Virus record (IMG/VR): IMGVR_UViG_2695420814_000010
DNA length: 50,942 bases
DNA from: a virus
Lineage: Duplodnaviria > Heunggongvirae > Uroviricota > Caudoviricetes
Direction: 5' to 3' (one strand)
Part shown: positions 29,943 through 39,659 of the stretch, piece by piece
Numbering within the stretch: position 1 is the stretch's first letter
How the letters are laid out: the number at the start of each line of letters is the position of its first letter
Program-made: the position numbers and the translations under genes
The notes under the pieces: model-generated
Seen by the model: the letters and a program-made list of their open reading frames with translations, nothing else
Databases searched by the model: none
What the model was told of the DNA's origin: nothing

Positions 29943-30944
29943 TTAGTAATCTGCGTGTTTCGCACTTTTCAGAAATGCTTTCATATTTTCATTAGGTCGC
30001 TCAATTTCGAAGTTACTTCCATATAACTCTTGTAATTTTGGCCATAACTTACTTAATAACCCTCTCCTGCGATAAAATGGATGTATCCAAACGGTAGATA
30101 GGTACGGAGAATTTGCATTTGAATTGTTTATTGTGACCAGCCCAACTAAACATTGTCGATAACCACTATTATCCATTGATTGTATTTCTTCGACGAATGG
30201 ATACGCGATTACATCAGTCCAACCATGATCGGTTGTATCCCATTGCATTCCGTCATGACATTCCTTCGACTGATAGCGGCGTAAAGCTACACACGCGAGC
30301 TTTTGCCAATCTGGAGAATTAATTGTGATCTCTTCATCGTATGACGCGCCTATTGGAGCGGGTATTGGTCTGATTAATCCAGCATGGCATTCATCATAGA
30401 ACTTCATGTTTCCCTCAGAAACGTTGTGTACGTTGGGTTGCTCCATGTGTGCGCCATTCAAAAATAGCTCTGATAGTAGTGTATCTACACTGTAATCTTT
30501 ATTGATTATTGTCGGCTTAGAGTTTTTCTTATTAAGGCCGCGAGTAACGATTTTTTGATCAATGTTAACAACATGGAATAATCCGTCGGGGAGGCTAGCG
30601 AACCACGATGGGGCATCGGACCAGAATAGCATGCCTTTTGTACTTCTTAAGAGTTTAATTAAGTTAATACAAGCTTCTTCACTAGTCTTGCCGTTGATGC
30701 GAAGTATGTTAGGACTAAAGTAATATTCATCCATATCAGGGAATGCAGCTTCGCAAAACTCCTGTACATAATTTAGCACCTGGATTCTACAGAGATCATC
30801 ATAGCTGGTAATAACTAAGGGGGTATCTTCATTACTATTATGATTATCAATAATGCAATCTATAGCGAGACTTACTGCTTTGCGTATCACTTCAGTTGAA
30901 TCTAACGACTCTAAAAATTTTGTCTTTCGTGTGCGAATATCCAT
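29943..30944 (-). CDS. Hypothetical protein, gene 2 of a two-gene cassette; C-terminal GNAT-acetyltransferase-like motif
   Basis: 333-aa ORF 15 nt downstream of gene 1; C-terminal STVWIHPFYRRRGLLSKLWPKLQELYG resembles GNAT motif A; N-terminal ~230 aa has no recognisable motif. AT-rich codon usage. Confidence 0.55.
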   Translation of the reverse strand: MDIRTRKTKFLESLDSTEVIRKAVSLAIDCIIDNHNSNEDTPLVITSYDDLCRIQVLNYVQEFCEAAFPDMDEYYFSPNILRINGKTSEEACINLIKLLRSTKGMLFWSDAPSWFASLPDGLFHVVNIDQKIVTRGLNKKNSKPTIINKDYSVDTLLSELFLNGAHMEQPNVHNVSEGNMKFYDECHAGLIRPIPAPIGASYDEEITINSPDWQKLACVALRRYQSKECHDGMQWDTTDHGWTDVIAYPFVEEIQSMDNSGYRQCLVGLVTINNSNANSPYLSTVWIHPFYRRRGLLSKLWPKLQELYGSNFEIERPNENMKAFLKSAKHADY

Positions 30945-30959
30945 GTATGACCTGCGCTA

Positions 30960-31922
30960 TTAAAATTCATGAATGAACGGTTTGTCATCTGGTTGCAAAA
31001 TGGTGGTTTTATTCGTTGCTACATTTAAACTGTTGTAGAGCATAATTGCCAGGTTCGATGCATTTTCAATCAGCGTTTCAAGATCCTGGTCTGTAATCAC
31101 TACGAGGTTCCCTTCTTTATCCTTTCCACCACGATGCACTAAGTGATTTCGATTGAGGGTTGCCAATTCAATAGCTTCTATCGGACAGTCTTTTTGTACT
31201 TTTATATCGAATGTAGCTTCATAGCGGTCGATTACCTTTTTAGTGCTATGCCAGCTTGCACTGATCAAGTGTTCCTTGATTGACCTGATTAGCTCTCCCC
31301 TAATTTTCTCGATGGGTTCACCCTTGAAAGGCAACGCAGCAATATCTTTGCTTACTTTAAATTCAGTCTTACCTTTTTCTATACAATTGGCTATGTAGAC
31401 ATCATCTTTCTCTATAGAATTAATGAATAGCTCAACATAAAGCGTTTCCAAAGCTGTAATAACATTCGTGTAGAGCAAACTAAGCAAGTGGTTTTTTTGC
31501 TGTTGTTCAGTTTTATCTTTTGCAAGTTTTTTTATTTTATCGATATTATCAATGAATTTTAAATACGGATTACCGGAAGACGTTACAGCGTCGTAGATAT
31601 CATCATCGTACCAATCATCTATATTATTTGAGTTTCCAGACCAGTCAAAACATTGTGTTTGTAATTCATCTACTAATTCCTCAATATACTCAGATTTAAC
31701 ATATTGACCGAAGATGGATTGTAGTTCTTCGCTCGCATCATACGGCCCGCCATATATGTAAGCATAGCCACCTTCTCTACTTTCATACGGACAAGCATTT
31801 GCCGGATCTTCAAAGTTTTCAAAGAACCAGTTTTTCATTACTTCGAGTTGATCTTTTTTGCTTATGTATTTTAAAGATTTTAGTGGAACTTTCTTTCCAT
31901 TAACCTCGAAAACAATTTTCAC
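30960..31922 (-). CDS. Hypothetical protein, gene 1 of a two-gene cassette; possible HEPN-like R-x4-H motif
   Basis: Track ORF 30960..32051; preferred start is GTG at 31922 (MKIVFEVNGKK...) after AAGGGAG and downstream of an extended -10 promoter. C-terminal NRNHLVHRGG fits R-N-x3-H. About 320 aa, AT-rich. Confidence 0.55.
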   Translation of the reverse strand: MKIVFEVNGKKVPLKSLKYISKKDQLEVMKNWFFENFEDPANACPYESREGGYAYIYGGPYDASEELQSIFGQYVKSEYIEELVDELQTQCFDWSGNSNNIDDWYDDDIYDAVTSSGNPYLKFIDNIDKIKKLAKDKTEQQQKNHLLSLLYTNVITALETLYVELFINSIEKDDVYIANCIEKGKTEFKVSKDIAALPFKGEPIEKIRGELIRSIKEHLISASWHSTKKVIDRYEATFDIKVQKDCPIEAIELATLNRNHLVHRGGKDKEGNLVVITDQDLETLIENASNLAIMLYNSLNVATNKTTILQPDDKPFIHEF

Positions 31923-31955
31923 GATGTAACGCTCCCTTGTATCAATTGCGCAACT

Positions 31956-31964
31956 ATTATACCA
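31956..31964 (-). promoter_or_regulatory. Extended -10 promoter element (TGGTATAAT) upstream of the two-gene cassette
   Basis: Minus strand TGgTATAAT, about 30 nt upstream of the GTG start; a TTGACA hexamer lies further upstream near 32076..32081. Confidence 0.4.
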
Positions 31965-32120
31965 CAGCGAAATACAGGGCATAACCTGCCTCCTTAAACT
32001 AACATACCATGAGCCAGCAATGTCCGCTATTGGCACAAAGCGGACAACCACGCTAGCTCTCCCCTGTGCCAGAAAAATGTCAATTTACATATGAACTAAT
32101 GCTCTTTGATCTAGTAACGT

Positions 32121-32552
32121 CTATAAATACCGAAGATTTCCTTGATAAAATGCCAGTACACGTTTCATAACTTCACTCTTCCGGCACTCGCGACAGATTA
32201 TGTTCTGACGCCTGTCATAGCGGCGTATTTCTCCGTCTGGTAATGACCAGATAAGGTCAGGATCAACCACAACCGTTTTTTTCACCTTTGCCCTGGATAG
32301 TTTTTTGCGGGCGTTTTTCCAATCCTTACGAGCCTGTTCAGACGGGAATAACCCATAGCCAGAGTTGTATACATCGCCACTGGCAACCAACTCTCTGGCA
32401 AGAATGCTCATCAGATATCTTGTCGCACCTGTCTTGGCCTCCAGTTGCCTTAACGTCTCGCGCCCACTCTGGCGTACCAACTCAACAACCTGCTCCTTAA
32501 TTTTTTCACGCTCTTCCTGTGTAAAAACTTTTGCCATAAGCGCCTCCGGCAA
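32121..32552 (-). CDS. Conserved phage protein with N-terminal winged-helix-like region and CxxC motif
   Basis: 143-aa ORF; close paralogue of 37391..37813 (shared GDVYNSGYGLFPSEQARKDW...DPDLIWSLPDGEIRRYDRR.NIICRECRKSE). Confidence 0.45.
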   Translation of the reverse strand: MPEALMAKVFTQEEREKIKEQVVELVRQSGRETLRQLEAKTGATRYLMSILARELVASGDVYNSGYGLFPSEQARKDWKNARKKLSRAKVKKTVVVDPDLIWSLPDGEIRRYDRRQNIICRECRKSEVMKRVLAFYQGNLRYL

Positions 32553-33314
32553 TCACTTTTCCGACACAATACGACTGGAGGAATCGACAATCTGTCGGAC
32601 AATATCCCGGTGCTTGTTCAGCTCCCGCAGCGCGGCGCAGACTCGCTCCCACTTCTGGACATGATTTTTCGCCCGACGCAGTTCGCGGTTTGCCATATGC
32701 AGCGATGGTAAAACTAGGTCATCCGCTTGCGTTTCAGTAAACGATGGCAGCGACTGCACAATGTCCGCCACAGTTTCTGTTTTAATATCTTCCTGTGTTG
32801 CCGCTTCCTGTACTGGTAACGCAACACCGGCTGGCTGAGGAAAGGCTTTACCATCAGTTTCCGCTACCGATGCAGCTTTCGGCTCTGCTGGTAAATTATC
32901 GCCCGGCATGCAGTAACGAAATTTACTGTTCTGGTTTACGCGAATCAGGCGTCCTTTGCTGATTGCCATTGCCAGCGTTGAAGCAACTTTGCGGGATGTT
33001 GTACCGAACAGCGTAGCCAGTTCATCCGCCGTTTGTGGTCCGCGTTGTTCAATCGTCGCGGTTAAATCGCACTCTGAGATTTTCACTACAGTTGCCGTGG
33101 TGGTTTCTTCCGGCAGTTCTGCCTGCATTGGCTGTTCCTGCTGAACGTTGTTATCAGCCACACGCCAGGTGTACGCGCTTTTATCAACGAAACCAGCTTT
33201 TTTCAGTTCCCATAGTTCGTTCAGCACTTCTTCACGACTGATATCAAGTCGCGCAGCAAGTTCTATGGATGTGGCTTTTCCCATTGCTTTCAGTGCGTCA
33301 AAAACAGTCTCCAT
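32553..33314 (-). CDS. Winged-helix DNA-binding phage protein (DUF1627-like, tentative)
   Basis: Track ORF 32553..33365; likely start [43 protein letters not shown] (HTH) at 33314. Confidence 0.45.
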   Translation of the reverse strand: METVFDALKAMGKATSIELAARLDISREEVLNELWELKKAGFVDKSAYTWRVADNNVQQEQPMQAELPEETTTATVVKISECDLTATIEQRGPQTADELATLFGTTSRKVASTLAMAISKGRLIRVNQNSKFRYCMPGDNLPAEPKAASVAETDGKAFPQPAGVALPVQEAATQEDIKTETVADIVQSLPSFTETQADDLVLPSLHMANRELRRAKNHVQKWERVCAALRELNKHRDIVRQIVDSSSRIVSEK

Positions 33315-33336
33315 AAAAATTTCCTCCCGGTAAAAA

Positions 33337-33738
33337 TTACTTCTCAATTCCTGGCTGGACGACATTCGGACGCCAGCTCTCCCAGTTAAAATTCACCCAT
33401 CGCCCGCCGTTCATGGTCATGCGATCCATAATCCGCTCGCCGAGCAATGTTTTCATGGCCTCATAGTTCAGGTTTGTCAGCATCCCCACGCTGCGCATCG
33501 ACGCTGTCCGGCGATCAACAATCTGGTGCAGCACCACCTGCTCGTTTTTCGTCTCGCGCTGAATGCCAATTTCATCAAGAACCAGCAGATCCACTTCGCA
33601 TAGTTCCCGCAAAAATTTTTCGCCTGACTGCCCATCGTCATAGCTGGCGTGCAGGGCACTCATAACATCAGCCACGGTAACCACAATCACTGTCTGACCG
33701 TCTTTCAGCAGGCGATTCCCGATAGCTGCCGCTAAGTG
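33337..33738 (-). pseudogene. ydaV: DnaC-like replication protein YdaV, C-terminal fragment ending at an N-marked junction
   Basis: Encodes ...VVTVADVMSALHASYDDGQ...[12 protein letters not shown]; 33483..33738 matches 40549..40803 as far as compared by eye; sequence breaks at n (33739) into IS-internal sequence. Confidence 0.5.
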
Positions 33739-33739
33739 N

Positions 33740-34867
33740 TGAAAATCAACTTTCGATCAGTGAAGGCGCTTCCCGATTATCTCTTCCTGAAGGCACTTTA
33801 GGACAATGGGTTACCGCCGCCAGAAAAGGGCTCGGTACTCCTGGTTCCCGCACGGTGGCTGAACTGGAATCTGAAATTCTGCAACTGCGTAAGGCGTTAA
33901 ATGAAGCTCGCCTTGAGCGAGATATATTAAAAAAAGCAACAGCGTATTTTGCACAGGAGTCGCTGAAAAATACGCGTTAATCGAACAATGGCGACAACAA
34001 TTTCCCATTGAAGCGATGTGTCAGGTATTTGGTGTATCCAGGAGCGGTTATTACAACTGGGTACAGCATGAACCCTCAGACAGAAAACAAAGTGATGAGC
34101 GGCTAAAACTGGAGATTAAGGTGGCACATATCCGCACTCGCGAAACATATGGAACCCGGCGGCTCCAGACGGAGCTGGCAGAGAATGGCATCATCGTTGG
34201 TCGTGACCGACTGGCACGTCTTCGTAAGGAGCTAAGGCTACGCTGTAAGCAGAAACGCAAGTTCAGAGCGACTACGAACTCGAACCACAATCTGCCAGTT
34301 GCGCCAAATCTGCTGAACCAGACGTTCGCTCCTACAGCACCAAATCAGGTCTGGGTGGCGGACCTGACGTATGTTGCCACACAGGAGGGATGGTTGTACC
34401 TCGCTGGCATCAAAGATGTTTATACGTGCGAAATTGTCGGCTACGCCATGGGAGAGCGCATGACAAAAGAGCTGACAGGTAAAGCCCTGTTTATGGCGCT
34501 CAGGAGCCAGCGCCCACCTGCCGGGCTAATCCACCACTCTGATCGAGGTTCACAGTACTGCGCATACGATTACCGGGTCATACAGGAGCAGTCTGGTCTG
34601 AAAACATCAATGTCGCGTAAAGGTAACTGTTACGACAACGCTCCGATGGAAAGCTTCTGGGGAACGCTGAAAAATGAGAGCCTGAGCCACTATCGTTTTA
34701 ATAACCGGGATGAAGCCATCTCAGTAATACGGGAATACATTGAGATTTTCTACAATCGTCAGCGTCGTCACTCTCGTCTGGGGAATATCTCCCCGGCAGC
34801 CTTCAGGGAAAAATATCATCAGATGGCTGCTTAAAAAAAGAACAAATGGTAGTGTCCGCTATTGCCA
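33740..34867 (+). mobile_element. IS3-family (IS600-like) element, copy 1, lacking about 125 bp of the left end
   Basis: Matches 39384..40511 of the complete copy; begins inside orfA immediately after an n; right end ...GTGTCCGCTATTGCCA at 34867. Confidence 0.8.
34016..34834 (+). CDS. IS3-family transposase OrfB (DDE integrase domain), copy 1
   Basis: 272-aa ORF identical to 39660..40478; DDE-type catalytic region (WVADLTYV...HHSDRGSQY...NAPMESFW). Confidence 0.85.
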   Translation: MCQVFGVSRSGYYNWVQHEPSDRKQSDERLKLEIKVAHIRTRETYGTRRLQTELAENGIIVGRDRLARLRKELRLRCKQKRKFRATTNSNHNLPVAPNLLNQTFAPTAPNQVWVADLTYVATQEGWLYLAGIKDVYTCEIVGYAMGERMTKELTGKALFMALRSQRPPAGLIHHSDRGSQYCAYDYRVIQEQSGLKTSMSRKGNCYDNAPMESFWGTLKNESLSHYRFNNRDEAISVIREYIEIFYNRQRRHSRLGNISPAAFREKYHQMAA

Positions 34868-34868
34868 G

Positions 34869-35184
34869 TACACCTCAATTGCTCTGCGGCTTCGCTCAGA
34901 GCTGGCGTATGTTCCCGGCCTACTGATTCACACAGGTAATCAACGAAACCGGACACCAGTTTTCGTTCGCGAGGCGTGATCGCCCCACCGACCGGAGTCC
35001 AGTAATCGAAACCCAGTTGCAGGAGTTTGAAAAAACGCTTGTGGAATGCGTAGTTACACACACGCTTAAAGTCTGCGTGTATCCACTCACCTATTTTGAT
35101 TTGATGCAGAAAATCGCAACTCTCCGGCGTCGCCGGGAGAAGTAATCCGGAAGAGGTTTGTTTGACCAGTTGTATATGTGCCAT
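34869..35184 (-). pseudogene. IS-truncated paralogue of the nin-region gene 27571..28170
   Basis: Starts MAHIQLVKQTSSGLLLPATPESCDF at 35184, about 95% identical to 27860..28170, and runs into the IS right end at 34868. Confidence 0.6.
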
Positions 35185-35222
35185 CGGCTTTCTCCGGTGG
35201 CACGGTGTTACACAGCAGGAGT

Positions 35223-35510
35223 TCAATCCTGCTCAAGATTGTAGATGAGTTTATTCTTCAGCAAAAGCAGAAAACCAGCCTTAAAACCAATCTCTTTCAA
35301 AACCCGTAATGATGTGACAAATTCGTCCTCACGCAAAATAAAACCGTCCGTCAGAAGTCCATTACAAAAATAAAATAACACAGCACCGCTCTTCCTTTGT
35401 TGAGATTGCAAACATCTAATGCGGCAATGGCTGACAATCGCTCCATTCTCAACGCGCACAGCATAGAGGCCATTTTCACTAAAAATTTCACGCAATTCTT
35501 CGATTTTCAT
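35223..35510 (-). CDS. Hypothetical small protein
   Basis: 95-aa ORF between the hok locus and the truncated nin gene; no recognisable motif. Confidence 0.3.
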   Translation of the reverse strand: MKIEELREIFSENGLYAVRVENGAIVSHCRIRCLQSQQRKSGAVLFYFCNGLLTDGFILREDEFVTSLRVLKEIGFKAGFLLLLKNKLIYNLEQD

Positions 35511-35635
35511 CTTCAGAATCCTTCCAGATAAATAGCTCTCCCCTGTTCGGGGTCCATCCCTCTTCTCCCTGCGCGCTACTTAAGTGAGTCGATTCTATCT
35601 GCGAAGGTGCGCGAATCAAATTCACCGGAAATAAA

Positions 35636-35684
35636 CAACAAAAAACCCGCCGAAACGCTGAGAGATCACAGCGATGGGCGGGTT
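35636..35684 (-). terminator. Structured 3' end / terminator of hok mRNA
   Basis: Minus strand CCCGCC...GGCGGG stem with inner CGCTG/CAGCG stem, followed by TTTTTTGTTG. Confidence 0.4.
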
Positions 35685-35759
35685 AAGTGCGGGTGCGTTG
35701 AGGATGCCTGACACATCAGAGGTGGGCGGGGATGGGATCAGCTCCCCGCCCGGTCACTC

Positions 35760-35915
35760 TTACTTCCTGGATTCGTAGTCTACGAAGACAGCGACCTCCG
35801 TCTGGCCGGTTCGGATTCGTACCTCACAGAGGTCTTTCCTCGTTACCAGTGCCGTCACTATGACGGTTAAACAGATGACGATCAGGGCGATTAACATCGC
35901 CTTTTGCTGCTTCAT
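35760..35915 (-). CDS. hok: Hok/Gef family type I toxin
   Basis: MKQQKAMLIALIVICLTVIVTALVTRKDLCEVRIRTGQTEVAVFVDYESRK (51 aa) after AAGGAG; an in-frame upstream extension (to 35972) may correspond to a mok-like leader. Confidence 0.8.
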   Translation of the reverse strand: MKQQKAMLIALIVICLTVIVTALVTRKDLCEVRIRTGQTEVAVFVDYESRK

Positions 35916-36142
35916 AGCCTGCTTCTCCTTGCCTTTCGGCATGTAAGAGGCTAACCTACATGTGCAAAGCATGAAATTGGCCTCAGATTAATGTTAAGCG
36001 TCTTGCCGGACGCGTAATGTTAACTGGGGCTTTTCTCTATCTGCCTTTTGGTGTTCATGCCTGAAGCAGATAGCCTCAAGCACCCGCAGTCATTCTACTT
36101 ACCTCGCCAATATGAAATCAATCAGAAAGGTGCCCCATAAAA

Positions 36143-36829
36143 TCACTCCTTCTCTTCTTTACCGTAGTGGAGTTGACCAATTTTGATAAGAGGGCGTCCC
36201 TGAGATTTGCGGTGTAGATTGGTATCGCGCAGAGAATACACACAGCCACAATATTCCTGCTGATAGAATTTTTCGCGCTTGCTGATTTCAATCATACGGG
36301 ACGAGCCGCCCTGCTTGCGCCAGTTATAATCCCAGTACACCATGCCCGGATAATGCGCGACGGCTCGCCGCCCACAGTCGTTAACCTGCTGCATATTTTT
36401 CCAGCGTGAAATGCCCAGTGAACTGCTGATCACACTGAAACCATTTTCAGCGGCGTACAGCGCTGTCCGCTCAAAACGCATGTCAAAACACATGGTGCAA
36501 CGGATCCCTCGTTCGGGCTCCCATTCCATTCCTTTGGCTCGTTCAAACCAGTTGTCTGTGTCGTAATCAGCATCAATAAACGGCACGCCGTGTTGTTCAG
36601 CAAAGCGAATATTCTCATCCTTACGAATTAAATACTCTTTCTGAGGATGAATGTTCGGGTTGTAGAAAAAGATGGTGTAGTCGATTCCCGAGGCCTGAAG
36701 CGCCTCCATCACCTCACCGGAACATGGAGCACAGCAAGAGTGCAGTAGTAGTTTGTTTGCCCCGTTTGGGAGCTCCAATTTGGGCCGTTTGAAATCAGCA
36801 ACTGTCATAAATATGTTTATTGGGGTCAT
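36143..36829 (-). CDS. DUF208 / QueH-like protein (epoxyqueuosine reductase family, tentative)
   Basis: 228-aa ORF with [11 protein letters not shown] near the N-terminus, FFYNPNIHP, and C-terminal QEYCGC, motifs recalled from the QueH family. Confidence 0.5.
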   Translation of the reverse strand: MTPINIFMTVADFKRPKLELPNGANKLLLHSCCAPCSGEVMEALQASGIDYTIFFYNPNIHPQKEYLIRKDENIRFAEQHGVPFIDADYDTDNWFERAKGMEWEPERGIRCTMCFDMRFERTALYAAENGFSVISSSLGISRWKNMQQVNDCGRRAVAHYPGMVYWDYNWRKQGGSSRMIEISKREKFYQQEYCGCVYSLRDTNLHRKSQGRPLIKIGQLHYGKEEKE

Positions 36830-36976
36830 AAAAATATCAAAGAGTGTAGCATTAGAACGGGGCTATCGGAAACAGATGTGTGACTGCTCCCCGCCCTTTC
36901 GGGTGGTCTCCTGATGATTTGAGGGTGCAGAAATCCCTCCGGTTAAGGATTAAATTTTTAACAGTGCTAAATTTAA

Positions 36977-37333
36977 TTATTCAGTTCTGGATTTTGTCGC
37001 CCTGCGTATCCGCGCTTTCGCGTTACGCTCAATCTGTATCAGCTTTTCTATATTTCTCCGCCTTTCCTGTTCCTCCTGGCGCAATAGCCTTACATCATCT
37101 GCCAGTCTGGTTTCTCTTTTTGCCACAGAGAGCATCCAGTCAAACGGCTCCACAACCGCACCGCAGATTTTACAGCGGACCTGACGCTCTTTTTCGTCAA
37201 CCCGTACAGAGGCGTGATGGCAATATGGTCTTTCCGATGGCTCATAAAGAAAATTAACCTGATTACGAGGGTCATCCTCTTTTACCGGAAATAAAACGAT
37301 ATTGCTTAACTCATCTTCTGGTTTTATTTCCAT
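36977..37333 (-). CDS. Hypothetical protein with Cys-His cluster
   Basis: Track ORF 36977..37390; likely start MEIKPEDELSN at 37333; motif CHHASV...CKICGAV. Confidence 0.35.
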   Translation of the reverse strand: MEIKPEDELSNIVLFPVKEDDPRNQVNFLYEPSERPYCHHASVRVDEKERQVRCKICGAVVEPFDWMLSVAKRETRLADDVRLLRQEEQERRRNIEKLIQIERNAKARIRRATKSRTE

Positions 37334-37390
37334 GCTCCTCTCCTTTGATGCGAATGCCAGCGGTAATTGAAGCCTGATAGCTAATTTCAT

Positions 37391-37813
37391 TCACAGTATC
37401 GCCTCCTGAAAATTACCCTGATAGAAAGCCAGTACACGCTGCATAGCTTCGCTCTTCCGGCACTCGCGACAGATTATATTCAGGCGCCTGTCGTAGCGGC
37501 GTATTTCTCCGTCAGGTAATGACCAGATAAGGTCCGGATCAACAACAACCGGTTTCCTCACCTTTACTCTCGAGAGTTTTTTGCGGGCGCTTTGCCAGTC
37601 CTTGCGAGCCTGTTCAGACGGGAATAAGCCGTAGCCAGAATTATATACATCACCACTTGCGACCAGTTCTATGCATAAGCGACCGACAGACGCACGACTG
37701 ATACCTGTTTCATCTGACAACTGCCGAATCGTGACCCGACCGTCCTGATGCACGAGTTCCACAATTCGCGTCTTCAGTTCTTCCCGCTGTTCGGGAGTAA
37801 AAGGTTTCGCCAT
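37391..37813 (-). CDS. Conserved phage protein, paralogue of 32121..32552
   Basis: 140-aa ORF sharing the GDVYNSGYGLFPSEQARKDW and IICRECRKSE segments. Confidence 0.45.
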   Translation of the reverse strand: MAKPFTPEQREELKTRIVELVHQDGRVTIRQLSDETGISRASVGRLCIELVASGDVYNSGYGLFPSEQARKDWQSARKKLSRVKVRKPVVVDPDLIWSLPDGEIRRYDRRLNIICRECRKSEAMQRVLAFYQGNFQEAIL

Positions 37814-37827
37814 AAATCCTCCTGAAA

Positions 37828-38574
37828 CTACTTAACAACCCTCGAATGGCTAACATTCGGACGCCAGCTCTCCCAGTTAAAATTCACCCAGCGCCCGCCG
37901 TTCATGACCATGCGATCCATCACCCGCTCGCCGAGCAATGTTTTCATCACCTCATAGTTCAGGTTTGTCAGCATCCCCACGCTGCGCATCGACGCTGTCC
38001 GGCGATCAACAATCTGGTGCAGCACCACCTGCTCGTTTTTCGTCTCGCGCTGAATGCCAATTTCATCAAGAACCAGCAGATCCACTTCGCACAGCTCCCG
38101 CAAAAATTTTTCGCCTGACTGCCCGTCGTCATAGCTGGCGTGCAGGGCGCTCATAACATCAGCCACGGTAACCACAATCACTGTCTGACCGTCTTTCAGC
38201 AGGCGATTCCCGATAGCTGCCGCTAAGTGATTCTTCCCGGTACCAGGTTTTCCGCTGAACGCAAAATTTGTACACCCGGTCATCAGTTCATCGGCGATGG
38301 ATTTCGCCTGGCTTAACGCGTATCGCTGGCCGTCGTTCTGCACCTGGTAATTCGCAAACGAGCATTTACGGTGCAACGGCTGGATGCCTGAGCGATTCAG
38401 AATTTTTTCCACCCGCAACTGGCGATTCAGGCGGTTGATCTCCTCGCTACGTTTCTGGCCTTCAGCAAGTTGCCACTCGCGCCACTCCGCTACCGTTCTG
38501 AATGGGGCGGTTACATGTGGCGGGGTCAGTCGGCGGATGCGTTCCAGAACGCCGCCTGTCGCAATATTTTTCAT
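37828..38574 (-). CDS. DnaC-like replication protein (IstB-like AAA+ ATPase), YdaV-like, second copy
   Basis: 248-aa ORF with Walker A GKPGTGKNHLAAAIG and Walker B LLVLDEIG. Confidence 0.8.
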   Translation of the reverse strand: MKNIATGGVLERIRRLTPPHVTAPFRTVAEWREWQLAEGQKRSEEINRLNRQLRVEKILNRSGIQPLHRKCSFANYQVQNDGQRYALSQAKSIADELMTGCTNFAFSGKPGTGKNHLAAAIGNRLLKDGQTVIVVTVADVMSALHASYDDGQSGEKFLRELCEVDLLVLDEIGIQRETKNEQVVLHQIVDRRTASMRSVGMLTNLNYEVMKTLLGERVMDRMVMNGGRWVNFNWESWRPNVSHSRVVK

Positions 38575-38580
38575 GGTCCG

Positions 38581-39258
38581 TTACCCCCTGAAGCCTGGCG
38601 GGATCGCACTGTCCGGCAACGAGACGGTGTTAACCTGTCGGAGCAACGTCTCAGGCCGAACACCTTTCGGCGCGAACAGGCCCTGGTATTCATTGGCGAT
38701 GCTGTGTCGAATCACCTGCTCAGGTGTAAAACCCTGCTGACGGAATTTTTCCAGTTCCCGTATCGCCCCGTTAGCGCCCTGCTCCGTTCGAATCGGTTTT
38801 CGCAATGCCTGTCTGAACCGGACCCACTCATGCCAGAGTGTTTCCGGCAACCAATCGGGCAGCTCAATAGCCTCCGGCTCGAATTTTTTAGACGCTCGTT
38901 TTTGGCGAGGGGGAGATCAGTATTTAGATCTTCCTCTTCCTCTTCCTCTGGTAACGCTTTTTGATCCGTTTGTGTAACGCTGGCAGCGTTACCTTTTCGT
39001 TTCAGTTCGCGTATTTTTGTTACTCGCTCGTTTGTAACCGCCCGTTTTTTTTAGAGCTTTTTCCGTTATGACGTTCAAAGTTAGGTAGAGAAAGCCCTCC
39101 GTCATTTTCGACCAGCCATCCAACCTGAATTAACGCATCAGCAAAACCAGACATAAAAGTGATGCGATCTATTGCACTTTTTGTAACGCCGCGAGCGTTA
39201 CAATCTGCATTACCGTCTATCATTTGTTGATCCGCCCATGCCCAGAAGCGAATAACCT
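38581..39258 (-). pseudogene. Disrupted replication initiator / replisome organiser (YdaU-like C-terminus), abutting an IS end
   Basis: 38581..38850 encodes the same C-terminal domain as 41154..41420 (...WVRFRQALRKPIRTEQGANGAIRELEKFRQQGF...); the upstream part (to 39250) is in another frame and the locus ends at the IS left end (39259). Confidence 0.45.
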
Positions 39259-39321
39259 GAGGTAGCCTGAGTTTAACGGACACTCCTTCCTGAAATAGAA
39301 TGGCATCAGAAGGAGCTAATA

Positions 39322-39624
39322 ATGAGCAGAAAAACCCAACGTTACTCTAAAGAGTTCAAAGCCGAAGCTGTCAGAACGGTTCCTGAAAATCAACTTTCGA
39401 TCAGTGAAGGCGCTTCCCGATTATCTCTTCCTGAAGGCACTTTAGGACAATGGGTTACCGCCGCCAGAAAAGGGCTCGGTACTCCTGGTTCCCGCACGGT
39501 GGCTGAACTGGAATCTGAAATTCTGCAACTGCGTAAGGCGTTAAATGAAGCTCGCCTTGAGCGAGATATATTAAAAAAAGCAACAGCGTATTTTGCACAG
39601 GAGTCGCTGAAAAATACGCGTTAA
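39322..39624 (+). CDS. IS3-family transposase OrfA (HTH)
   Basis: 100-aa ORF; A7G slippery run at 39573..39580 allows a -1 shift into orfB to give the OrfAB fusion. Confidence 0.85.
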   Translation: MSRKTQRYSKEFKAEAVRTVPENQLSISEGASRLSLPEGTLGQWVTAARKGLGTPGSRTVAELESEILQLRKALNEARLERDILKKATAYFAQESLKNTR

Positions 39625-39659
39625 TCGAACAATGGCGACAACAATTTCCCATTGAAGCG

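Noticed and set aside
32022-32040. 12-13 nt match (TGTCCGCTATTG) to the IS right inverted repeat, upstream of the candidate cassette
   Set aside because: Too short to separate a solo IS end from chance; no adjacent IS sequence or target-site duplication.
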